From: an uncultured Acidobacteriota bacterium | GTDB taxonomy: Bacteria > Acidobacteriota > Blastocatellia > RBC074 | NCBI GenBank assembly: GCA_963796275.1 | Contig: CAWCKY010000004.1 | Location: forward strand, 1,504,001-1,568,000 | DNA length: 64,000 nucleotides | Direction: 5' to 3' | In this document: one piece after another, positions 32,130 through 42,760 of the stretch | Layout of the letters: each line of letters opens with the position of its first letter | Position numbering within the stretch: the first letter of the stretch is position 1 | Position numbers and translations under genes: made by a program | Notes under the pieces: generated by a model | Told to the model about the DNA's origin: nothing | Seen by the model: only the letters and a program-made list of their open reading frames with translations | Database searches by the model: none

Positions 32130-32760
32130 CTACCCCAAAATGTGGTGGATCTTCAGCCCTCTCGGAGAGAGTCTCTGCCAGGAACCTGCGCAATGACTCC
32201 CAGGCCCTGCCAGCTGACCGTGCGTTGTATAGTATTCCCCGTTCCGGATTATCGGCAGACTCGGCCATGAAGTCCGCATCGTTCCACCATACGCGTGGAG
32301 TTGCCAGTCCAGGCCGGCAGCAGCGAACTCCGCGCCTAACTCGACGACATCTGACGGCGGAACCCAGGGATCGTCCCATCCATGGAAGGCGATGACTTTG
32401 GGCATGTCTTGTTGTAATGAAAGGCAGGCCAGACGGCTTGAATAAACCATGGAAGCTCGCCACGCCTTTGAGCGGTGCACCGGCTCGCGCGAGGTCAAGA
32501 ACACATAATCCGCCGAAACAGAATCCAATGGCCGCGAGATTGTTCGAATCGAACCTCGGGTAGACGCCTTACCACCTCGACTGTATGGAGCAGGCGTTCC
32601 CTTAACATAGCCCGGTTCTCCATCAGCGGCGCCATCTGCGCCAGGCATTCCTCAAGCGTTTTGCCTCGTACGCCTTTACCGAAGATCGTCGACGGCAAAG
32701 CCGGCATAGCCCCATTCGGTTAACATGCGGGCGACTCCCTCCTGAGCTTCCGACCGATCC
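32130..32760 (-). pseudogene. Dienelactone hydrolase family fragment
   Basis: EWGYAGFAVD, G.CFGG, ASFHG, FHGWDDPWVP, DWQLHAYGG spread over several frames. Confidence 0.75.
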
Positions 32761-33177
32761 ACTTGTCCCTTAAAATTTGTGAAATGGCCCTGATTTGATG
32801 CGTACAATATCTCCTCGTGCAAATATTTCCATTGCTCACCTCCTAGTCTGCTTAGATGGTAGGAAAATGCACCACATCGGTCAATGATGGCAGGCAACGA
32901 ACTGATCGTCAATGCTGATTACCAACCAGGCATGTTTTGTATACAAGCCTCGACAAAACCGGCTATTTCCGCGTTCTTTGTAATCACGCAGCGAGCCGAA
33001 AATGCCTGCATAATCAATAAAGTAACCAGTCGGGAAACATGATTACAACTCTATCCTGTCTGCTCAAATGTTTACTTGTCTACAACACGCCATAACTTAT
33101 CTACGATCTCGGCCGGGCGTGGCAAGCTGGATTGAGATAGAATTGGGATGGCTGATCAGTGAATTAGGAAAGAGCTT

Positions 33178-33594
33178 ATGATGAGAAAATACGTCTTCCT
33201 TGTGATTCTTCTGGCGATCGGGCTGAGCGGCAGCTATCTGATCAAAGGAGGGCTGTACCTTGCGGGGATCGAACCGAGCGCAACCCTGGCCTACTGGATA
33301 TTGGGATCGGTCTGCTTCGCTTCGATCCTATATTTGCTGTACGCGATCAAGCGTCTGGGACGGGGCAGGAACGATGTCTCGTTAGTGGCTGAGCCGTGCA
33401 TAGGCTTTTTGATCTTGCTGCTGTGCTGCAACGCCTGGGGCCTGGCGTTCCGTGAGACGATTCCCGCGGCGAAGATAGCGCTCCCGGTGTTTTGGGTCCT
33501 CTCCGCAGCTGGGATGTTCCTGGCGTTTTGCCTTTTAAAGCCGCCAGGAAAAACTACTCGTCGCCAAGCGACACGGAGAGCGCGTAGACGTTAG
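33178..33594 (+). CDS. Four-TM membrane protein
   Basis: Four hydrophobic segments, basic tail. Confidence 0.6.
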   Translation: MMRKYVFLVILLAIGLSGSYLIKGGLYLAGIEPSATLAYWILGSVCFASILYLLYAIKRLGRGRNDVSLVAEPCIGFLILLLCCNAWGLAFRETIPAAKIALPVFWVLSAAGMFLAFCLLKPPGKTTRRQATRRARRR

Positions 33595-33608
33595 AGCCAG
33601 TTGCAAAA

Positions 33609-33791
33609 CTAGCGCCCTGTCCGTGATCGTCGCGTTGGAGCAGGGACTACCACCCGTCCACCGCCACCCTTACGTCGCCCGCCGCCGCCACCACCGTTGC
33701 GGTTCATCCACAGCCAAATGATGAGCAATATGAGGGCCAGGATCACCGCCGTCGTGGCTTTCCACTCATCATCGAAGTGGTGACTCCTCAT
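33609..33791 (-). CDS. Small single-TM Gly/Arg-rich protein
   Basis: 60 aa, TM then GGGGGGRRKGGGGR; upstream hairpin like other minus-strand genes. Confidence 0.45.
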   Translation of the reverse strand: MRSHHFDDEWKATTAVILALILLIIWLWMNRNGGGGGGRRKGGGGRVVVPAPTRRSRTGR

Positions 33792-34093
33792 AGCGGTACC
33801 CCCAAAAATGGAAATGCGCGCCAGGCGATTGCTCGGCGCGGGTTACGCATTGCCAGCAGCCCCATCTTTTGACGTGAAAAACGAGGACGATCCGAAGAAA
33901 ACGAAAGGCCAGGAATAGCAGGTTTATGCAATGGATGAGATCGTGCGAAAGGGGCGAATAAGCGAGTGGTGCGAGAGGGATTGGATCGACGGATGGATTG
34001 AGGTAGGAGCCAAGGTGTGGAAGGGAGACCGTGTGTTCGATCTCCCCCCTCTATCGGGTTGAGCAGGACGGTGAAAACTTGCGCCCACCCGAC

Positions 34094-34585
34094 TTAGAAC
34101 GGAATGTCGTCAGCCTCAATGCCGACGGGTTCTTTCGCCGGAGCGCGCTTCGAGGTCGATCTTTTGCCATTCCTGGACGCAGCAGGCTTTGGCGCATCCT
34201 CGGTCTCTGCCGCTTCATCGACCTGGACTTTCTCCTCAGCGGTCTCGACAGGCTCTCCACCCTGGCCCAGGAAGTGAATGTCGTTGGCGTTGACCTCGGG
34301 GCTAATCCGCAGGTTGCCTTCACGGTCGGTGTATTGCTCGAGACGCAACCTGCCATCGATATAGACCTGCCTGCCTTTCGCCAGGTATTCAGCGGCCGTC
34401 TCAGCCTGTCGTCCCCAGGCAGTTACGCGGAACCAGATTGTGTGTTCCTCCACTTCGCCCCTGGCATTCTTGCGTTTTTCGGTCGTCGCGACGGACAGGT
34501 TGCAAACGGCCATGCCTTGCTGAGTGAACCTCAACTCAGGATCGCGACCCAGATAACCGACGATAGTGATTTTGTTGAATGACAT
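34094..34585 (-). CDS. ssb: Single-stranded DNA-binding protein
   Basis: MSFNKITIVGYLGRDPELRFT..WFRVTAWGRQAE..YLAKGRQVYIDGRL; C-terminal DDIPF. Confidence 0.97.
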   Translation of the reverse strand: MSFNKITIVGYLGRDPELRFTQQGMAVCNLSVATTEKRKNARGEVEEHTIWFRVTAWGRQAETAAEYLAKGRQVYIDGRLRLEQYTDREGNLRISPEVNANDIHFLGQGGEPVETAEEKVQVDEAAETEDAPKPAASRNGKRSTSKRAPAKEPVGIEADDIPF

Positions 34586-34748
34586 TGCATTTTTTCTCCC
34601 TTCAAGTTTGAGATTGATATCGTTCTGAGCGAGGTAAGGCGCATACCCCTTTCGCTCACAGGCTTACGCGCAGCTCCAACCTATAATCGGCATATGAACG
34701 AATCAGAGAGAGAGAAAATGATGGCATCACTAGAGGTGTCGAGTGAGG

Positions 34749-34776
34749 TGTCGAAATAATATGGGTTATTTCGGCT
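34749..34776. other. 28-bp dif/Xer-like 11-6-11 inverted site
   Basis: TGTCGAAATAA-TATGGG-TTATTTCGGCT at a backbone/cargo junction. Confidence 0.4.
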
Positions 34777-34814
34777 TAGTTGCGCTGGCCCACATCTTTC
34801 AGCCATTCCTGGAA

Positions 34815-34868
34815 CCTATGGACATTCCAATAGAAGAAAGGTATCTTCATATGACATATCCAAGGGAA
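34815..34868 (+). promoter_or_regulatory. Sigma70-like promoter TGGACA-17-TATCTT with flanking palindromic boxes upstream of ADOP fragment
   Basis: Same layout at 43845, 51654, 60442. Confidence 0.5.
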
Positions 34869-34879
34869 ACTCTACTTAG

Positions 34880-35251
34880 ATGAAAGATTATCTGCGTGCA
34901 TTGATGGCGAGGCTCCGGGGACTGCTCGGAATACGAAAGGCTGATCTTGAGTTTGAGGATGAGATTCAGGCTCATCTCGAATTGCTCATCGAGCGATACG
35001 TTCGTCAGGGGATGACGCCAGATGAAGCTGCAGCAACTGCACGGCGACGGTTCGGAAACGTCACATTGTTGAAGGAGAACAATCGCGAGATGCGTGGATT
35101 CAGATTCATTGAGACGATCGCTCAGGATGTCCGTTATGGCTTGTGGATTTTGAGGAGAAATCCCGGCTTCGCCTCTGTCGCCGTGCTCACGCTGGCGCTC
35201 GGTATCGGCGCGACTGCGCCCATCACGCACATGGGTTACTCCAGTGGATAA
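34880..35251 (+). pseudogene. ADOP/MacB-like permease N-terminal fragment
   Basis: Prefix domain [38 protein letters not shown] then homology lost. Confidence 0.85.
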
Positions 35252-35625
35252 TTCGAAATGAGCGGGCCACCACATCCACTTGCGGCCACTTGCGGTCTCC
35301 TGCCGTTGAAAACCAGGTTCTCCCATCTCTGTGCCAATTCGTCCCACTGTTAAATCTCATTTAAGGCATCGTCCAACATTCTGGTCTTCAGGGACAATGC
35401 AGCTTCCGACATCAACGCCAAATTTATTGCTTCTGTGGCGTGGCTCAACAACCAGCTGCTTGTTCAGATTGAGTCGGAGTTTCTTTGGGCTGATGTTCAT
35501 TCCACGCTAAAATCACTTCTCATTTAGCCTTCTTGGGAGATCGCGATTCCGCAAGCTGTAGCAGGAATGCGGCCCGGTCAAGAAAAGATTCAGTTATGGG
35601 CGAAAAAGTGGGCATCGGATCAAGT

Positions 35626-35815
35626 TATGGGCGAATTGACATTGAGTGGAAAGGTTGCGTTGGTGACTGGAGCCTCACGAGGAATTGGCGCCAGCCTGGC
35701 GCGTTTGCTTGCGACTCGAGGTGCGGACATCGCGATCAACTATCACAGCAAAGGTTCGCGTGCTGAGATCGTTGCGACAGATATCCGTTCAGTGGGCCGG
35801 CGTGCGTTGTTGGTA
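35626..35815 (+). pseudogene. Short-chain dehydrogenase N-terminal fragment
   Basis: LSGKVALVTGASRGIG..GADIAINY; truncated. Confidence 0.8.
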
Positions 35816-35983
35816 TGCTTTGGATCAGCAAATCCTTTATCGGCAAGCAATCGCAGAAGCGCCTCGACTTCGGTTGGGAATTCACGCCAACCGGCAACAC
35901 TTTCACATTCACTAGAGAACTCCTCCGGGGTAATAAATCCCAGCTCCAGGCAATATTTCAAAACGCGCGACCAAGTCGCTTCA

Positions 35984-36451
35984 CTATAAATACCTGCTGT
36001 CCGCTCTGACATTCTTAAGCTTATTTTCCTCAATCACTTTTCGGACATCGTAAAGTACAACTCCCATCTCAGTCAGGAGCTTAAATGCAATAGTTCCTTC
36101 TTCGACTAATAGACCGAGAAGTAAATGATCCGTTCCAATATGACTGTGGCCAAGCTTGTCTGATTCTTGAGCAGCAAATGCGAGAACTCTTTTGGCTTCT
36201 ATGGAGAGTGGCAGATCGACATTACTTGTGACTTCACGTTCGCCAATGCCGACACGATCTTCGATATGCTTACGAATTAGCTTAAAGTCTGGAGAGTCTT
36301 CAGGAAAGAATCGAGCTGCTATCTGCCGGTCTTCACGCAACATTCCGAGAAGGATGTGTTCGGCTTCGATCTGTGAAGCACCAAATTGACTAGCCTCAAA
36401 ACGTGCAAAAAAGATTACACGACGTGCTTTTTCAGTGTAGCGTTCAAACAT
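35984..36451 (-). CDS. Clp protease N-terminal (double Clp-N) domain protein
   Basis: MFERYTEKARRVIFFA..EHILLG..AKRVL..HIGTDHLLLGLL; no AAA domain. Confidence 0.85.
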   Translation of the reverse strand: MFERYTEKARRVIFFARFEASQFGASQIEAEHILLGMLREDRQIAARFFPEDSPDFKLIRKHIEDRVGIGEREVTSNVDLPLSIEAKRVLAFAAQESDKLGHSHIGTDHLLLGLLVEEGTIAFKLLTEMGVVLYDVRKVIEENKLKNVRADSRYL

Positions 36452-36715
36452 GATTGCCCTCCTTTAGAGGTAGTTAGCTCCACAAGCGTGACACGGTATT
36501 GTAAAGGGGAGAAGCCAGACACGAAAGCAGGATGCTCATCGCGCTGGGCAACGCCAGCGAGATCAATAGATATGGTCGGGGAGGGAAAATGGCGCGCCGA
36601 GCTACGAGTTAATACTGACACAACATTTGTCGATGAAGGCGAAAGATCCCGAGCGAGTGGTACGCATTGATGAGGAAATATTGCACAAGATCGAGACCAT
36701 TCCGGGGTATCATCA

Positions 36716-37675
36716 GTGAGCTTCTCCCGATACGTTCCCATGGATGGCCGTCACGGGGTGAACCCTGTCCTCGCAAGGAATCGCAGCTACGCCCAGGGTG
36801 AGCTTCCCCTGCACCGATACGATTACGTTGCGCCGGGCTTTTTCAAAACGCTCGGCATACCGCTCCTCACTGGCCGCGATTTCACCTGGAGTGAGATCTA
36901 CAATAAGTATCCGGTAGCCATCGTCTCGGAAAACCTGGCTCGCGAATATTGGGGGTCCGCTGCAGGCGCCCTCGGCAAGCAATTTCGGGAAAGTGCGGAG
37001 GGTGACTGGCGAGAGGTCATAGGTGTTGTGGGAGACGTTCATCACCTCGGCGTGAATAAGGAAGCGCCCACTACTATCTACTGGCCGATCTTGATCTCCC
37101 ACTTTCTGGGCGGGTCGGATGTCGTAGCGCTCCGTGACGCTACTTTCGTCATCCGCAGCCCGCGCGAATGGTCACAGGGCTTGGCAAACGAGGTCCGAGA
37201 AGCGATTTGGTCGGTTGCCCCCTTTCTCCCGGTGGCGGAGGTCCGGACGTTGAATGATTACTACAACAGGTCGATGGCGCGTACTTCATTTACGCTCGTA
37301 ATGCTGGCCGTCGCCGGGGGCATGGCGCTCTTCCTCGGTATTGTGGGCCTCTACGGTGTGATCGCCTATTCGGTCTCACAACGGAAGCGGGAGATCGGCA
37401 TTCGTATGGCGCTAGGGGCGGGAAAGGGGGAAGTTCTTAAGCTGGTCATCGGCCAGGGAATGAAGATGGCATTGATCGGCGTAGCAATCGGCCTTGCCGG
37501 AGCTCTGGGCCTGACGCGCTTCTTATCGGATTTGCTCTACGGCGTAGAGCCCGGTGATCCGCTGACATTTATCGCAGTCTCAACGCTTCTCATAGGAGTG
37601 GCTGTCATTGCCAGCTACATTCCAGCCCTTCAGGCGTCTAAAGTAGATCCAATGATGGTACTCAGACAAGACTAG
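36716..37675 (+). pseudogene. ADOP/MacB-like permease C-terminal fragment
   Basis: [55 protein letters not shown]. Confidence 0.85.
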
Positions 37676-37800
37676 ATTCGTTGCTCCCGGATTTTCGTTC
37701 GGTGAGTCAACTTTCTTTCGATAAAGGATTGTGCAATACCCATAATCTGGGCGATTCCCTCAAAGAGTTCTGCCTTTGGCCGCTGGTTCGTAACTAACAT
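37672..37800 (-). pseudogene. Remnant of AbiEii-like nucleotidyltransferase toxin N-terminus
   Basis: MLVTNQRPKAELFEGIAQIMGIAQSFIE overlapping the antitoxin 3' end, then stops after 42 codons. Confidence 0.45.
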
Positions 37801-38188
37801 AGGCTCCACCATATCCAATTTTCCGATTCACACGCCCTTTGATAGCGATCATACGACCTGTAGGAACCTGGGTTGTTTTGCCTGCGTTGTAGTCGCTTTC
37901 CAAATCAGAAGGCACGACTTCAATGCCCAGACGTTCTAGCGCCGCCCTAGCCAATGTCGGCAGAGGGGCAACAGGAATGACCTCACCATTGATGGAGGAT
38001 TTTTTGGCTTTGGCATAAAGACCATACCCGATCTTGATGATCTTCCCATCACGGACGAGACTTCTAAGAATCCGCCCAACCTGATCGTATCCTCCCAAGT
38101 CCGCAAAATCCTCCCGTAGGAAAACGAGGTCTTTCCTTCTGGCTATCCTTGCAGAAATCTTATAGTTGAGAGTTTCGAATTTCTTCAT
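37760..38188 (-). CDS. DUF6088/AbiEi-like type IV TA antitoxin
   Basis: VFLREDFADLGGYDQVGR.L..LV..GKIIKIGYGLY; STQVP-like TTQVP motif. Confidence 0.75.
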   Translation of the reverse strand: MKKFETLNYKISARIARRKDLVFLREDFADLGGYDQVGRILRSLVRDGKIIKIGYGLYAKAKKSSINGEVIPVAPLPTLARAALERLGIEVVPSDLESDYNAGKTTQVPTGRMIAIKGRVNRKIGYGGAYVSYEPAAKGRTL

Positions 38189-38218
38189 ATCATAATGAAA
38201 CCAACTCGCAGTAGATGA

Positions 38219-38884
38219 TTAGGAACAAGGGCCTGCGATATACGTTGAGTCTTTGACAACAGACTCTCCAGGGATGCCACAAAACCGTGGGTTGCGGTTA
38301 CGCGATCCCTTGTCGTTGTTGACCAAAAACCCGCCTTCATCGATAGCCGACCCGGGAGCCGCGACTTCGAAATGAAGATGCTCAAGCATCGCGCAACCGA
38401 CCGCGGCCTCGTCCCCAAGATACAGGCCCGCTTTCACGGTGTCGCCGACGTGCAATTTCGCCTTTCCGGTGATCGAGTGCTGCGCCATGTGTGAGTAGCC
38501 GGTCCATTCGCCGTTCTCGTGAGCGATCCAAACGAAATTATTATGGCAATCGGCGGCAGCACGACCCGATTGCTGCTCGGAGAATATGTCGCGAATCGCA
38601 ATTATCCGCCCGGCTGCCGCAGCTACTATCGCGTAGGGGCGCTCGCCGGAGATGGCGAATAAGTCCAAGCGCCCTTGAGGTCGATGAGTCTGGAAGTCAT
38701 CGAAGACTTTAACGCGAGTACCGTCGGCATACGGAAGTCGATAGAGCCCCTCGCTGGGCTCGCCATTGAACAACCCATCACCAGGTGCGCGAGAACTTCC
38801 CGGCGGGTTCTGCTCACAGCCCGATGTGAACATCATCGCGAACGCGATGGCTGCTGCGCCGAGCAGGAAATCGAGATGATGCAT
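38219..38884 (-). CDS. M23 family metallopeptidase lipoprotein
   Basis: Lipobox TSGC; H....D, YSH and HLHFEV motifs. Confidence 0.85.
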   Translation of the reverse strand: MHHLDFLLGAAAIAFAMMFTSGCEQNPPGSSRAPGDGLFNGEPSEGLYRLPYADGTRVKVFDDFQTHRPQGRLDLFAISGERPYAIVAAAAGRIIAIRDIFSEQQSGRAAADCHNNFVWIAHENGEWTGYSHMAQHSITGKAKLHVGDTVKAGLYLGDEAAVGCAMLEHLHFEVAAPGSAIDEGGFLVNNDKGSRNRNPRFCGIPGESVVKDSTYIAGPCS

Positions 38885-39065
38885 AAATCTACTCCTTACC
38901 TATCACAGAGCTCGCGGCCGTGCCTGCGGTGCCAGTCAGGGCAATTGCTGTTCCCATCAACAATCAATGGCTTGAACCGACCCCAGCGGTTGATAGGCTT
39001 TCGCCACCTGTTGCGGCTCAACCGGTATTACAGGATACTATCTTCTCTCGAAGTATTTCAGAGAT

Positions 39066-39374
39066 TTAGTCTAAGAAATCGTCTGTCAGTGTAGGCTCTT
39101 CCCAGTAATCCGGGATGAGACGGATACTGAAGTCGACGAAATTCTGAGCGGCAATCGACCGGTTGTAATTTTCGCGTGCATAAAGAGCTGTGTAGATCGC
39201 GTTACGAATGATCGGGTTTAACTCCTTCATCTGCTTATCTGAAAGATGCTGGCAATGAAAATCTTCCATCGCATTGCGCACGACCGAAGCAATATACATC
39301 GCCAGCTCCTGGGCCTCAGTCGAAGGGTTTAGCTCCTTTTCCTCTTTTTCTTTCGATCTTTGCTTCTTTGCCAT
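39066..39374 (-). CDS. Hypothetical protein
   Basis: Clean ORF from MAKKQ with RBS GAGG; conserved-looking core VRNAMEDFHCQHLSD. Confidence 0.6.
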   Translation of the reverse strand: MAKKQRSKEKEEKELNPSTEAQELAMYIASVVRNAMEDFHCQHLSDKQMKELNPIIRNAIYTALYARENYNRSIAAQNFVDFSIRLIPDYWEEPTLTDDFLD

Positions 39375-39801
39375 CTTTACCTCACTCAGTAAAGTGATCA
39401 CGATCTTCTGCGAACGGAATAAAATCTCATTATAGTCGCAGACCACTTCTCGTGCTGAGGTCGAGGCAGAATGGGATCAACAGCGCCGAATAACGCTCAT
39501 CGTCACGTTGGCCATCAGGACAGGCGTCCGGCCGTTCCGGACAGCCAGTCGCAATCTATGGCCCAGCAAATATAGCCAACTTTGCTTTGAGTGAAAGGAC
39601 TGATCGGTCCCGCTGGGATGGCTGATGCCTCGGAAAGAGGCGGGTGGCTATGCCGCGCCTGGCTTAACCGTTGTACTCGGGGAAGATCAAAACCAGTGAT
39701 CCCCCCGAATGTATCCACCTTCACTATGAGCCGGAGAGCAAGGTAGGTGATTTGGGAACCTGCGCATCTGTGGGGTGGAACTGCGCTATCGAAAAGGTCG
39801 A

Positions 39802-41593
39802 TTATTGCCCCGTGCTGGACGCCACCTTCATGCGTAATCTGTTGGCAGACCCTCTCTTCTTCGTAGATTGTCTGGGTTTTGGATCGGCCGGCTTCGGAGC
39901 CAATGCGGGCCTTTTATCGGATACTCGCCGTTTGTTCCGAACAATGCTCAAAGCCTTGCGCAGCCGCGGCATTTCGAAGAACTCCTTGAACACCGCCAGT
40001 AAGACAAAACAGGCGAGAGGCAGTTCCCGCCCCCACGTCCCGAGCAATTTCGCATAGAGCCGTGGAAGTAGAATAGCCGCTTTCGCAGCCGTCATAATTT
40101 CCCAAACGCGCGTTTGTTCCTGCGAGTCAAGCGTGTGGATTGGGTGAAGAGGCTGATTATCGCCGTACATCGCCCAGGCCAGATATCTCAGTTTCTTCTC
40201 GGACGCTTTGACGATCTCATCGATGAGCTTATAAGCAGTTGCCGAGAGTGGCGCCGACAACAACCGTTCACGTTGGTTATCTGCGGCCGTATTGAGAGCA
40301 ATGAAATGTTTGACCGACATCTTACCTTTCTGCCGGGCCTGATACGCTCGCATCATCAACTCTCCGATCCTCTTGATATCAGTCGCGCGGCGAATCCTCG
40401 CATAGAATTTGCGATATGAACGGTTATTGCGCAGCGCGGTCATATGAAAGTCCTGCTCGCATTCAACGAGGATGGCTTCGAGCGCTTGACAGGTGAATTG
40501 CTGAAGCTCGCGATTGGCGTGAGAAATGAATTTCGGCTGACGATAAATCACGATCCGTTTACCATGACCCGTTGTCAGATTCGACGGGAAGCAGTCTCTG
40601 GGCAGATCGAGATTGACATTGACCGGAAAGATGAGCTCGATCTCCGCATTGATCTCCTCCCAGATCTTCTCGATTGCAACCCCGGCCGCATAAGCGCGGC
40701 GTAGTTTGCAGGCAAGATATTGCGCGCATTCAGGCAGGTCTTCGGCCGAGTATTCGGGATCAACGCGGCCACAGGTGACTGCGCGTTCGTGCGCGGACAT
40801 ACGAATGATCGCGCCGCCCTCATCGTATTGGTCCAAGGCCTCGACGTGGGCGAATGCATCATCGAGTTCCTCGATGGTTGCGCCGTTCGATTCCAAATCG
40901 TTCAACCACTCAGTCATTTCATCTTGGACAAATCGCACGCTCTTTCGGCGACCACGGATCGTCCTTTTGACTGTGAGCACCTCCAGATCGAAGAGCAATC
41001 GATATGCGGATGCCTTCTCGTATTCCTTACGGCTCGCGCCGTTCTGTTTCTGATCGCCGAATCCATCGGCCCATCCTCTGGCCACACCCCGATCGAAGAT
41101 TGAACGCGGCTTCGATATCTCCTGCGGCGCGTAGACAATTCCGATTTCGCTTTCGACCTCTTCTGTAACCGGATTGAGGCTGGCGAGGTGCATAGCGATG
41201 AGCGCCATCTCCTTTAGCACGACGCCAAGGCCGAGCTCGGCGATCTCGCCGTAGTAGTACGAGGCCACTACCTGTCGATAGCGCGCGTCCCCTTCCTTGC
41301 TGATCTCGTTCAGGCAACGCATGTAACTCCGCGGCGTCCTCCGGATTGCCGAGTTTCTTGAGCGCATAGGCGAGCGTCGCAATGCGCGCTTCTTCCTCCT
41401 GCTGGCTCGTGGGCTTCAAATCGCCCTCGATTGTGTAAATCACCTCTCCGGCGACCGCGCCGCGCTCGAAGTCGAGCCGCCTCATGCCGAGGCCAGAGAT
41501 ATGCTCTGCTGTGTCGTTAAAGGGCGATCCGTAATTCTGTGGAAGGAAAATGCTGTGATTTGAACGTCGAGTATTCTCGATCTTTCGTAACAT
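39802..41593 (-). CDS. Large hypothetical backbone protein (~600 aa, frameshift ~41325)
   Basis: RBS AAGGAG before 41593; ORF 41027..41593 joins ORF 39802..41382. Confidence 0.7.
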
Positions 41594-41718
41594 GTGTTAT
41601 TCTCCTTATACATTAATTATTGTTTTTGAGCGTGCCTGTGCTTTGCCTGGCCACGCTCATTTTTTTACTCACAGCAAAAATCTATGACTCACGAAAGAGA
41701 CCGGATGGAGAAAGTGCG

Positions 41719-41748
41719 GCTTGAACCATAAATTCTTATGATTCAAGC
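41719..41748. promoter_or_regulatory. 13-4-13 inverted repeat, candidate operator
   Basis: GCTTGAACCATAA-ATTC-TTATGATTCAAGC (one mismatch). Confidence 0.55.
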
Positions 41749-42042
41749 AATAAGAAATGTCGAAAGTGGTGCGGCCTGCTGAAGCTCTTTTCCAACTATT
41801 CTCTCAACTGTTACCATCGCTCCTCCCTGCTCCATCGGATATCGTCTCTCTTTAGAGACGACTGCTAGTTGTGGTGGGTGGGCTCGAGTCGGTGAGGATC
41901 CGTCAGAAAGCCTGGGCAGTGCTGAGTGGGAATATATTAGATTGATCGAGATTGACTCCTCGCCGCAAAGCTATGCTAGTCACAAGCTGCTCGGTTGATA
42001 GATTGATCGCGCTTCTAATCTGCGATTACAATATATATTGAG

Positions 42043-42324
42043 GTGAGTATTATGAATCAGACCCATCCAATAGAATTGCCGGAGGATATATTTGAGGCTT
42101 TGCTGCGGATTGCTGAACTGAAAGGCATGACGCCGGCTGACTGGATTGCATCTCAGATTCCCACCGCTTTTCTTCAGAGAGAGGAGTGCCCGCTCTCCGA
42201 TGCGTTAAATGGGATCACAGGATCCATCGACAGCACGACCGAGCCTCACCCGCAGGGATCGTTTTCTTCCGTTTCTGATATCATTGCCGAGAAATTCAGA
42301 AAGCAGGGACTCATCATTCCATGA
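42043..42324 (+). CDS. Antitoxin (VapB-like)
   Basis: Small ORF overlapping the PIN toxin start (ATGA). Confidence 0.75.
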   Translation: MSIMNQTHPIELPEDIFEALLRIAELKGMTPADWIASQIPTAFLQREECPLSDALNGITGSIDSTTEPHPQGSFSSVSDIIAEKFRKQGLIIP

Positions 42325-42743
42325 TCACTCTCGTCGATACCGGACCGCTCGTGGCCCTTATCGACAAGGGGCAACGCGAACTCCACAAAAAGTGTGTTGA
42401 GAAGCAGAAAGAGCTGATGGCTCCGCTGATCACTACTTGGCTATGCATCGGGGAAGCAATGCATCTTCTCTATCGCCTCAGCGGATGGAAGGGCCAGGAT
42501 CGGCTTTGGGAGATTATCGAGAAGGGCGCGGCAGAGATTTACCCACTCGGCGAAGATGAAGCGAAGAGGATGCGCATTCTCATGGAACAGTACCAAGATA
42601 CGCCGATGGACCTGGCCGATGCTTCGCTCGTCGTGGTAGCCGAAATCACGGGACTGAGACGAGTGTTCACTATCGATGATGACTTCTTCATCTATAAAAC
42701 AGGCGGGAGGGATTCGTTTGAGGTAATCAACCCAAAACTTTGA
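42321..42743 (+). CDS. vapC: PIN-domain toxin
   Basis: LVDTGPLVAL, GEA, MDLADASLV, FTIDDDF acidic tetrad. Confidence 0.92.
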   Translation: MITLVDTGPLVALIDKGQRELHKKCVEKQKELMAPLITTWLCIGEAMHLLYRLSGWKGQDRLWEIIEKGAAEIYPLGEDEAKRMRILMEQYQDTPMDLADASLVVVAEITGLRRVFTIDDDFFIYKTGGRDSFEVINPKL

Positions 42744-42760
42744 TCACAGTGGAGCGGCTC

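Noticed and set aside
35984-36451. Full ClpC/ClpB chaperone
   Set aside because: Only the N-terminal double Clp-N domain is present; no AAA modules follow
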